43,448 nt of DNA from Methylococcaceae bacterium (GCA_028711365.1 JAQTSI010000002.1:1-43448), one strand, 5' to 3'; positions 1 to 6,846 are shown, numbered from the stretch's first letter. Notes: generated from the letters alone by a model not told the origin. Made by a program: numbers and translations.

Positions 1-262
1 CGAAGCCGCGCAGGATCATCACGATCAACACGCAGGAGTAGTGGGTGCCTGCCCAGACGGTGCCGGTGAACAGGTTGAACACCGCCCCACAAGCCCGACA
101 ACGGTAGTCCACCACCGGCGCGCGCGTACGCCGGTGCGGCGCCTGCGACGTGGGAAGGCAGTGCCCCAAGGGGCAGCAAAGCCTTTGAGGATGCAGAATG
201 TCCAGCAAATAGCGGTAACAGATTGCCTCATCGAGCAGCCCGGTCAGTGGAAAACGTATCAT
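1..262 (-). CDS. IS1595-family transposase, N-terminal zinc-ribbon part (partial CDS)
   Basis: The minus-strand ATG at 262-260 gives MIRFPLTGLLDEAICYRYLLDILHPQRLCCPLGH...VDYRCRACGAVFNLFTGTVWAGTHYSCVLIVMILRGF. This is a paralogue of the N-terminus of ORF 41744..42895 (MMRFPLSGLLDEQACYGYLLDILHPGGLCCPRGH...). It is absent from the ORF track because it runs off the window. Confidence 0.7.
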   Translation of the reverse strand, partial: MIRFPLTGLLDEAICYRYLLDILHPQRLCCPLGHCLPTSQAPHRRTRAPVVDYRCRACGAVFNLFTGTVWAGTHYSCVLIVMILRGF

Positions 263-338
263 GGGAACCTCCGCGTTTTCAGACCATTTTGGCAGAACGT
301 CACAGGAACGGCTTCACCAATTTCACGACATGAGCCAA
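1..338 (-). mobile_element. IS1595-family (ISXO2-like) insertion sequence, outer end plus 5' part only; continues beyond the window start
   Basis: nt 1-338 align colinearly, with scattered substitutions, to 42632-42974. Both copies end in GACATGAGCCAA, after which similarity stops. The segment contains the transposase start codon. Confidence 0.7.
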
Positions 339-451
339 CCGCCATAGCTTGCCCCCTTCGGGTTCGCCAGGAGGTAAAGTCCTCGCTCATTGGCGAGCTT
401 ATAGGGCTTGGGTTTCGGCTTGGCATTGCGGATCTGGATATTGTTCAGCAT
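339..451 (-). pseudogene. Remnant (first ~37 codons) of a P4-type tyrosine integrase (DUF4102 / arm-binding N-terminus), truncated by the IS1595-like insertion
   Basis: The minus-strand ATG at 451 gives MLNNIQIRNAKPKPKPYKLANERGLYLLANPKGASY. This matches the conserved I-R-N-A-K-P-x-x-K-P-Y-K-L-x-D-x-x-G-L-Y-L-L-V-x-P-x-G start of P4-like integrases. The reading frame runs into the IS end at 338/339 and stops. Confidence 0.65.
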
Positions 452-476
452 GGGGTCACCCCTCCTTGGGCGCTGG

Positions 477-547
477 TTGACGGTATCGGGTTGACGGTGC
501 CGCCACATACCGTCAAAGGTACCGTCAAAATTGACGGTATGTGGCGG
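477..547. repeat. Cluster of five TTGACGGT octamers (3 forward, 2 reverse), including a 17-bp perfect inverted repeat
   Basis: TTGACGGT occurs at 477-484, 491-498 and 531-538; ACCGTCAA occurs at 509-516 and 521-528. CCGCCACATACCGTCAA (500-516) is the exact reverse complement of 531-547. The cluster lies between the tRNA fragment and the integrase stump. Confidence 0.8.
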
Positions 548-649
548 TACCCTATGGCACCTCTTGGGACAGTAAAACGCACGAAAAAACCCGCCAAGCC
601 ATATAACTCGCGGGTTTCCATGTGTCCATTCGGGTGTTTCTCCGTTGAA

Positions 650-708
650 TTGGTACCGAGAGCCGGAATCGAACCGGCACGGTGTCACCACCGCCAGATT
701 TTGAGTCT
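650..708. repeat. attL: displaced 3' part of tRNA-Leu(CAA), left copy of a 59-bp perfect direct repeat
   Basis: 650-708 is identical to 9686-9744 (TTGGTACCGAGAGCCGGAATCGAACCGGCACGGTGTCACCACCGCCAGATTTTGAGTCT). The flanks diverge immediately outside the repeat. Confidence 0.9.
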
Positions 709-799
709 TACCCCAAACATTACCGTCTTGATTTCTTCAGATTACGGAAAATCACGGAAGCTTTACGGTTCAAGAGGTATAGCCTATCATTTGATTCAT

Positions 800-874
800 C
801 GGGCCACGCTTTCAAACCGTTTCGATTTCTCTCCAGCGTGGCCCCGGTGTGGCCCCATATTTTTTTGTGGCCCC
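800..874. repeat. Cluster of GTGGCCC(C) motifs between attL and int; candidate arm-type integrase binding sites; contains the left copy (825-855) of a 31-bp direct repeat
   Basis: AGCGTGGCCC occurs in reverse at 800-809, then forward motif copies at 835-845, 847-856 and 865-874. 825-855 (ATTTCTCTCCAGCGTGGCCCCGGTGTGGCCC) is identical to 9597-9627. Confidence 0.6.
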
Positions 875-898
875 GAACAAGTCTGATGTAATGAGGCT

Positions 899-2281
899 AT
901 GGCAACCCAAAACACCCTTCAACAATCCTCCCTTGAAGCCCTTCGGTTAGAGGCCATTGAAGCCATCCGGGCCGGAGATCTGGGCCACGTCACCGAGTTA
1001 ACCGAGCGCATGAAGGAAGCCGAGGCGATCTTGGCCAAACAGGCCAGGCCGAAGCGAGACCCACAAAAGGCCATCAATTTCACGAAAGGCGCGCTTGATG
1101 CGATCCCGATCCCCGCTCCTGGAAAACGCGAAACCTATCACGACACCAAGACGCCAGGCTTACAACTGCGGGTCACGGATACCGGAAGCAAAACATTCGT
1201 GGTGCGGCGGCGGGTGAGAAGCGGCAATGCCGAGCGTGTGACCTTGGGAACCTATCCGGCCATGACGCCGGAACAGGCGCGTAGAAGAGCTACCGAGGTT
1301 AATGCAGAAATTGCCCAAGGGATAAGTCCAACCACCGAGAAAAAGCGCATCAAACTGGCGGCCAGGACCTTGAGCGAGGTATTGGAAGAGTACATTCAGG
1401 TGCGCGGCAACCTGAAGGCTTCGACCGTGCGTGACATGCACCAGGCGTTGAAGGAGGTTTGCGGCGAATGGCTCAACAAGCCCTTGAACAAGATCACGCC
1501 GGCCATGCTGGAGGCCCGCCACCGCGAACACGCCACCCGATCCATGGCGCGCGCCAATGTCGCCATGCGTTACCTGCGGGCGCTGTTCAACTTCGCCATG
1601 GTGCGTTACCTGGATAGTGACGGCAATCCTTTGATCCTAGTCAATCCAGTATTGCGGTTATCGCGGCTGAAGCTTTGGCATCGTGTCGAAGGCAAGCAGA
1701 CCTTGATTAAGCCTTACGAACTGGCTGCGTGGTGGGCCGGGGTCGAAGGATTACCCGATACCGCCATGCGAGATTATTTCAAGCTGCTGGTATTGACCGG
1801 GCTTCGGCGCAATGAAGCCTTGTTCCTGCTATGGGAAAACGTCGATTTAATGTCGAGATCGATCACCATCAAGAACCCCAAGAACCACCGCGACTTGAAC
1901 TTGCCGTTGAGTGACTATCTATTTGAGCTATTGAATCGGCGCAAGGCCAGCGCCGTATCGGGCTATGTGTTTGCCTCGATTGACGGCAAACTGGTCGTGG
2001 ACACCCGATGGAATCAGAAAGCGATTACTCGGGCGTCTGGCGTGTCCTTCAGTCCGCATGATTGCCGCCGCACCTTCGCCACGATTGCCGAAAGCCTGGA
2101 TATTCCAGCCTATGCGCTTAAGCGGCTGCTTAATCACGCCAGCGGCGATGACGTGACGGCTGGGTATATCGTCGCAAGCGTGGAACGGCTGCGGGAGCCC
2201 ATGCAGAAAATCACCAATTACGTCTTGAAGGCAGCGGGAGTGAGAGAAACCGCCAGCATCCTGCGATTGAAACAGGGATGA
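899..2281 (+). CDS. int: Tyrosine-type site-specific integrase (P4-like, with DUF4102-like arm-binding region)
   Basis: 460-aa ORF. The N-terminal region contains TYHDTKTPGLQLRVTDTGSKTFVVRRR. The catalytic motifs are LTGLRRNEAL (Arg), HDCRRTFAT (H-x-x-R) and LLNHASGDDVTAGYI (His, Tyr). It is adjacent to attL. The start is uncertain because the ORF has a ~55-aa N-terminal extension. Confidence 0.9.
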   Translation: MATQNTLQQSSLEALRLEAIEAIRAGDLGHVTELTERMKEAEAILAKQARPKRDPQKAINFTKGALDAIPIPAPGKRETYHDTKTPGLQLRVTDTGSKTFVVRRRVRSGNAERVTLGTYPAMTPEQARRRATEVNAEIAQGISPTTEKKRIKLAARTLSEVLEEYIQVRGNLKASTVRDMHQALKEVCGEWLNKPLNKITPAMLEARHREHATRSMARANVAMRYLRALFNFAMVRYLDSDGNPLILVNPVLRLSRLKLWHRVEGKQTLIKPYELAAWWAGVEGLPDTAMRDYFKLLVLTGLRRNEALFLLWENVDLMSRSITIKNPKNHRDLNLPLSDYLFELLNRRKASAVSGYVFASIDGKLVVDTRWNQKAITRASGVSFSPHDCRRTFATIAESLDIPAYALKRLLNHASGDDVTAGYIVASVERLREPMQKITNYVLKAAGVRETASILRLKQG

Positions 2282-2290
2282 GGTGGAAGC

Positions 2291-2911
2291 ATGGCGACGC
2301 GCAAGAAAATATCGTTGTTAGATCTGGCATCTAGTAATTATTCTATATTCAGCGAGCCTATTGAATTTTCTAAGGAAGATGTTGCTGCTCTGGAAGGCTT
2401 TGGCGCGAATCAAGCGTTCATTGCCCGCTTGGCCCGTATAGCAGAATTTTTATGTGATGAAAATTTTCCGAAACCGCTTGGAATAGGCGAAAGAAATGAC
2501 GCGCTGAAGCAGTTTTGCAGTGATTGCTCCAATCTGGCGACAATATTATTTAACATACCGATAGAATTGAGGCATGCACTATTTCAGTGGCAACTTAGGG
2601 GCGGCGACTTCGAGGAATTGGCGTGTCAACTTCAAGATATGGCTGATGAGATTTCAGCAGTATTGGAATATGAGCCTCCCGATCCTAAGGAAGCTGGTGT
2701 CAAACTCCATAATGCTTCATGGGAGTGTGTGGCCGCCAAGCAAGTGTGCAAGCTGCTTCAAGAGCATGGTTTCCGTGTCGGTTATTCCGAAGGCGTCAAC
2801 GCCAAAACCCCCTCCCTCGCGCAAATCGCGCTTTCAATCGTCTTCCATTATGGCGGAAGAAACATCAACCCCATTCGATATATCAAAATGTTTTTGAAAG
2901 AAGAAATTTAA
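2291..2911 (+). CDS. Hypothetical protein, no recognisable motif; visibly AT-richer than its neighbours (cargo-like)
   Basis: 206-aa ORF starting 10 nt after the int stop. Its composition shifts to AT-rich codons. I recognise no family signature. Confidence 0.55.
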   Translation: MATRKKISLLDLASSNYSIFSEPIEFSKEDVAALEGFGANQAFIARLARIAEFLCDENFPKPLGIGERNDALKQFCSDCSNLATILFNIPIELRHALFQWQLRGGDFEELACQLQDMADEISAVLEYEPPDPKEAGVKLHNASWECVAAKQVCKLLQEHGFRVGYSEGVNAKTPSLAQIALSIVFHYGGRNINPIRYIKMFLKEEI

Positions 2912-2912
2912 C

Positions 2913-2980
2913 TGACAGGACCGCCCAAAAAATAGGGTGGGGTTGTCAGTACCGCCCGAAAAATAGGGTGGGGTGTCAGT
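2913..2980. repeat. About 2.2 tandem copies of a 30-31-bp unit upstream of the excisionase-type gene; candidate operator
   Basis: GACAGGACCGCCCAAAAAATAGGGTGGGGTT is followed by GTCAGTACCGCCCGAAAAATAGGGTGGGGT and then GTCAGT. Each unit contains the imperfect palindrome CCGCCC..GGGTGG. Confidence 0.75.
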
Positions 2981-3053
2981 TATTTTTTATCCGAAGGAAT
3001 GGGTAAATTACTCCCGAACACTTTGTTTAACCAACAAACTTCCGGAGTTACCC

Positions 3054-3332
3054 ATGAACCATCCCACCGCGCCTAGTGCGATTCTCCAAGCGCAATCCAC
3101 AGTACAAACCCCTTCCCAACAAATCGAATCCGCCATGGTTTCCGACATGGAAGCCGCGCGGATTCTTGGTCAAGCCCGGCGTACTCTCGCGGTTTGGCGG
3201 TGTACGGGCCGGTACAACCTGCCGTATGTCCGCATTGGCAGGAAAATTTTCTACCGGGTATCTGACCTGGAAGCCTTCATAAAACGCCGTGTCCATCATG
3301 GCCATCCAGATGCGGCCGGGGTGCAGGCATGA
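3054..3332 (+). CDS. Excisionase-family / AlpA-like helix-turn-helix DNA-binding protein
   Basis: 92 aa. The segment DMEAARILGQARRTLAVWRCTGRYNLPYVRIGRKIFYRVSDLEAFIKRR fits the HTH_17/excisionase pattern. A GGAG lies 7 nt upstream of the ATG at 3054. The longer ORF from 2973 starts inside the tandem repeat and is less likely. Confidence 0.7.
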   Translation: MNHPTAPSAILQAQSTVQTPSQQIESAMVSDMEAARILGQARRTLAVWRCTGRYNLPYVRIGRKIFYRVSDLEAFIKRRVHHGHPDAAGVQA

Positions 3333-3417
3333 AGAAGCCCGTTCCTGATGGCGTCAAACCCAGCCGGACCCATCGGCGCAGGAAGCGGACCTGGCAGCGG
3401 AGGCGCTCATGATCCGG

Positions 3418-3447
3418 TTGACAAACACAACCCGTCCAGGGAATACT
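3418..3447 (+). promoter_or_regulatory. Candidate sigma70-type promoter (TTGACA-N18-AATACT)
   Basis: There is a perfect -35 TTGACA at 3418-3423 and AATACT at 3442-3447. It lies in a 350-nt non-coding gap upstream of the small-ORF/replication operon. Confidence 0.35.
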
Positions 3448-3499
3448 TTAAACGCCCCGGACGCATCCGGGACTGGGCGTGAGAACCCGGTTAAGTTAA

Positions 3500-3533
3500 G
3501 GCGCACAAGCGCCAAACAGTGGGCGCTTTTTTT
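3500..3533 (+). terminator. Candidate intrinsic terminator with a competing upstream hairpin (attenuator-like)
   Basis: The sequence is GGCGC-ACAA-GCGCC-AAACAGTG-GGCGC-TTTTTTT. The central GCGCC (3509-3513) can pair either with the upstream GGCGC (3500-3504) or with the downstream GGCGC (3522-3526), which is followed by a T7 run. Confidence 0.4.
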
Positions 3534-3683
3534 GTGCCCGCTGCTTCATCATGGCGGCTTGGGCGGGGCAGGTTCGCGCCTGGCCGGTTCCTTAACGCCG
3601 GTTTCTCACCCCCGTTCAAGCCGTCACCCATTCGCTGTGAGAAGCGACCGTGACGGCTCCATTCACCTGTTAAGGAGCCATCC

Positions 3684-3953
3684 ATGAACACCCAAGCCAC
3701 GGGCGTAAACCGCCCAAAATCTGCCCTTTCCTTCGACCAGGCCGGCAAGATCGATCGCGGCATCCATCGCATCGCGATCGACATCGCTGAGCTGCTGACC
3801 TTCATCCACGATCTATCCGCCGATCATCCCGACCTTAACCGCGTGGCGCGGCGGTTATCGAGCGCATCCAAGCACCTGGAAGCCGCCAAGGACCCGGCGC
3901 GCCAGTTGTGGATCGACCGGAATGGCACCGCCGTCAAGGGAGGCCGGTCATGA
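3684..3953 (+). CDS. Hypothetical small protein (89 aa)
   Basis: An AAGGAG RBS lies 6 nt upstream of the ATG. The stop overlaps the next start (ATGA). The protein ends in AVKGGRS, as does the next ORF. Confidence 0.6.
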   Translation: MNTQATGVNRPKSALSFDQAGKIDRGIHRIAIDIAELLTFIHDLSADHPDLNRVARRLSSASKHLEAAKDPARQLWIDRNGTAVKGGRS

Positions 3954-4204
3954 TTAAAGAAATCAAGGCATTGGAACGCAAGGTCGAATGGATGCAAAAC
4001 ATCGCCTCTGCATTGTCGGCTGCCAACCTGGAGTTCGGCGAAATGCCAGACGGCGTGATTCGCTGTGATGAGTACACCATCCGAGCCATCTTCGACGGAT
4101 TTCGCGAAGAACTCTCAGGCATCTCCGCAGGGCTTTACCGTTTGTCGTTGGACGTAGCGGATAAGGCCAGGCCCGATGCCGCCGTCAAAGGAGGCCGGTC
4201 ATGA
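3950..4204 (+). CDS. Hypothetical small protein (84 aa)
   Basis: Start at the ATG at 3950 (MIKEIKALERK...), preceded by GGAGG inside the upstream gene. ATGA overlaps occur at both ends. The longer track ORF from 3908 overlaps the previous gene. Confidence 0.6.
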   Translation: MIKEIKALERKVEWMQNIASALSAANLEFGEMPDGVIRCDEYTIRAIFDGFREELSGISAGLYRLSLDVADKARPDAAVKGGRS

Positions 4205-4386
4205 GGCTGTACGGAATCTCACTGATAGACGATGACGGTTCCCGCATCACCCGTTTGATGTTCGTGGTGGACGGGAAGGTGCTGAAAATACCCCTGGCCG
4301 ATGTTCGGGCATCTGGGATGCTGGGGACACTGCCCGCTGATGATTTGGCTTTGGCCTATGTATGGCTGGCGAGGATGGACGTATGA
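4201..4386 (+). CDS. Hypothetical small protein (61 aa)
   Basis: ATGA-coupled to the upstream gene, with GGAGG 7 nt upstream. Confidence 0.5.
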   Translation: MRLYGISLIDDDGSRITRLMFVVDGKVLKIPLADVRASGMLGTLPADDLALAYVWLARMDV

Positions 4387-4416
4387 CCCAGACAGTCTCC
4401 AATCTGAAATTGGGGG

Positions 4417-4848
4417 GTGAACATGACACCCCATAGAAACGCGAAACCCCCGATGGCTGGCGGGCCGTCAGGGGCGGATGATTTCGAGAGACAGGCTAAT
4501 TCTATCAGCAAAAGGCCGTTGGCTCCCTATTCACGACGGCTGGATCCCGAGGCCCATAACAGCATCGCCGTCCTAACTGGCGATATGGCATGGGAGCGGG
4601 CGGTATCGCCTTCATGCTGGTTTCAGGGCGCGCGGCTATTGTTGCCGTTCGGCGAGAACCCCTCCCGATACACCTGGCCAGTATCGGGCCGGGATTGCAT
4701 TTTATTCAGTTTCGGAAAAGAGGAGCTTCATGAAACCTTGGTTCGCTTGAGTATGGAGCTGGTACAAGCCGGCGCCCTGTTCGTTATTTGGAACTTCGGA
4801 CCCAAGCCGGCGCTGGTATTCAGGGGGCAACAATGGATGCCAGTTTGA
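4417..4848 (+). CDS. Hypothetical protein (143 aa), coupled to the DUF3987 gene
   Basis: A G-rich RBS lies upstream. The 3' end overlaps the likely start (4833) of the next gene. I recognise no family. Confidence 0.55.
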   Translation: MNMTPHRNAKPPMAGGPSGADDFERQANSISKRPLAPYSRRLDPEAHNSIAVLTGDMAWERAVSPSCWFQGARLLLPFGENPSRYTWPVSGRDCILFSFGKEELHETLVRLSMELVQAGALFVIWNFGPKPALVFRGQQWMPV

Positions 4849-6440
4849 TTGCCACGGGTGTCAATGAATTCCTCGTCAAACCGAAAGACAGTAGTGTCGC
4901 GAGCGCAAAATCCAAGGCCACCAAGCCGGATGAAGGCATTGGCGCGGAACCTTGGGGCGATCCGGTCTTGTTTGGTACCGTGGCGGTTACTCCCGAAATC
5001 CAGTGCCACCTGCTTCCCGGGGTCTTTGGTGAGTACGCGGAGTGCCTGTCGCAGAACTTACAGACTCCTTCCGCGCTAGCAGTCATGACCGTGACGTCGA
5101 TTCTTTCAACGGCCTTGGCGCGGAAAGTCACCATTGGGCCTTGGCCGGATGATGGTTACTCTGAGCCGGTCAACGTGTGGACGCTAGCTGTCGCTGAGAG
5201 CGGTGAACGCAAGTCGCAAATTCTCGGGCGGTGTATGCGTCCGTTGGTTTTTTGGGAAAAGGAGCGAAGCCGGATGGAAAAGGCCGAGATTGAGGAAAAC
5301 GCATCTAAGCGCAAAGTCGCGGAACGTAGGGCTGACAAGCTTGAGGGTGAGGCCGCCAAAGAAGACGAAGATGAGCGCCGCGAGACGTTGACCAAGGAAG
5401 CGGCAAAGCTTCGGGCCGATCTGCCGGATGAACGGTTTCCGGTACAGATTTTCACCGGGGACGCGACGCCGGAGGCCGGGCAGGAATTGCTGGTGAAGGC
5501 GGGCGGAAGGATGGCTTTCATTAGTGATGAGCCTGGCTTGTTGCTAGTCATGGCGGGCGTCTATTCGGGCGGCGAGGCGATTCTTGACGTGTTCCTACAG
5601 GGTTACAGCGGGAATGACGTGCGAGGGAACCGCCGTTGCCGTTCGGCGATCATCGAACGGCCTGCCGTTACCTTAGGTCTGTCGATCCAGCCTGGCATCC
5701 TGTCGGACTTCCCGCAAGCGGCGAAGCGCAAGTTCCGAGCCTCCGGCCTGTTTGCCCGCTTCTTCCCCGTGTTCCCAAGGTCGAATATTGGACGGCGCGA
5801 CGTGCGGCGGCGGGTGTTGATTCCCGATGATCTGCAACGGGCGTATGACCGGGCTGTCATGGATTTGCTGGACTTTGAGCCGGACGGCGGCGAGGCGGTA
5901 CGCTTGGCCCTGGACGATGAGGCGCGGGAAGTCTGGCTTGATTTTGCCGACCAGATGGAGCGCGGACAGGCGGAAGGTGGCGATTACCAGGATATTCGCG
6001 ATTGGATTGCCAAGCTACCGGGCGGTGTGTTGCGGCTGGCAGGATTGTTCCATATGGCTGAATTCGGCAAGGATGGCGCAGGCAAACAGGTGAATGGGGA
6101 AACCATGGCTAGCGCGATTTTGTTGGCGCTTAACCTGATCGAACATGCGCGGGCGGTCTTCGGGTTGGTTGGGGCGGACAAGTCCATTGATGATGCCAAG
6201 TCGGTTTGGGCGTGGATCGAGCAAAGAAAGCTTCCCGGATTCTTGCGTTCTGAGGCCCATCGGAAATTCCATTCTCGGTTCGGCAAGGTGGAAGACCTGA
6301 TTGCAGCGCTGGAAGTCTTGAAAGGGCGAGAGTTGATACGCGGGCCGTACAAGTCGAAAGGTGAGAAGGGAGGCAGGCCCAGCGAAGGCTACCGGGTGAA
6401 CCCCATAGCCTTGGGCCTAGGCGATGGTAACTCCCTTTAA
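4833..6440 (+). CDS. DUF3987-type (YfjI-like) helicase-like replication protein of integrative elements
   Basis: The segment LPGVFGEYAECLSQNLQTPSALAVMTVTSILSTALARKV...VWTLAVAESGERKSQIL...FISDEPG matches the conserved DUF3987 core as I remember it. It includes a degenerate Walker-A-like SGERKS and a Walker-B-like ISDE. Start chosen at the ATG at 4833 (AGGGGG upstream); the track ORF begins at 4788. Confidence 0.6.
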   Translation: MDASLIATGVNEFLVKPKDSSVASAKSKATKPDEGIGAEPWGDPVLFGTVAVTPEIQCHLLPGVFGEYAECLSQNLQTPSALAVMTVTSILSTALARKVTIGPWPDDGYSEPVNVWTLAVAESGERKSQILGRCMRPLVFWEKERSRMEKAEIEENASKRKVAERRADKLEGEAAKEDEDERRETLTKEAAKLRADLPDERFPVQIFTGDATPEAGQELLVKAGGRMAFISDEPGLLLVMAGVYSGGEAILDVFLQGYSGNDVRGNRRCRSAIIERPAVTLGLSIQPGILSDFPQAAKRKFRASGLFARFFPVFPRSNIGRRDVRRRVLIPDDLQRAYDRAVMDLLDFEPDGGEAVRLALDDEAREVWLDFADQMERGQAEGGDYQDIRDWIAKLPGGVLRLAGLFHMAEFGKDGAGKQVNGETMASAILLALNLIEHARAVFGLVGADKSIDDAKSVWAWIEQRKLPGFLRSEAHRKFHSRFGKVEDLIAALEVLKGRELIRGPYKSKGEKGGRPSEGYRVNPIALGLGDGNSL

Positions 6441-6454
6441 TTGGCTGAATTGCT

Positions 6455-6737
6455 AAGAAGATATTTTTTAATACTATCTATCTATATGAAATAAAAGTCG
6501 TTGTTGTCTTCTGGCTGCTTCCTACGGGAAAAAAGGGAAAAAAGGGAAAAAACCCTGAACGAGGCAAATCATGCGCCAGCTTTCACGGGTTCGAAATTGG
6601 CGACCATGGGTTGAGGCTGATGTGTCCCATGGAGTCCGGGGAGTTTTTTACCTTTTTTCCCTAAATTCCCGTAGGTGTAGAGTTCTGGATCATGGGGAAG
6701 ATGGGGTTTTTTCCTTTTTTTCCCTTTTTTACCGTAG
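6455..6737. promoter_or_regulatory. Candidate replication origin: AT-rich stretch plus inverted arrays of GGGAAAAAA iterons
   Basis: There is an AT-rich run at 6455-6500. CCTACGGGAAAAAAGGGAAAAAAGGGAAAAAACC lies at 6521-6554. Reverse-orientation copies lie at 6638-6675 (..TTTTTTACCTTTTTTCCCTAAATTCCCGTAGG) and 6703-6737 (GGGGTTTTTTCCTTTTTTTCCCTTTTTTACCGTAG). The block sits directly downstream of the replication gene. Confidence 0.55.
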
Positions 6738-6846
6738 ATAAAGCGGTGCAAGCTTTTGGCTGGCTACTTTTCCAGGGTCCTTCCTTGGACCAATCAAAAG
6801 CGGGACGGAGGCTCGCGGTTTTTGCCTAGTTTGAATGATTTCAATT

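Noticed and set aside
2973-3053. Longer start for the excisionase-type gene
   Set aside because: It would begin inside the tandem operator repeats and add 27 non-conserved residues. The ATG at 3054 has a GGAG RBS.
3409-3687. 92-aa + strand ORF in the leader region
   Set aside because: Its composition is implausible and it has no RBS. It spans the candidate promoter, terminator and hairpins, so I treat the region as non-coding leader.
6521-6737. MITE, CRISPR-like repeat, or the 60-aa ORF 6569..6751
   Set aside because: The repeats are short A-tract iterons in inverted arrays beside a rep gene. The ORF is a by-product of the poly-K/G reading of the iterons. An ori interpretation fits better.
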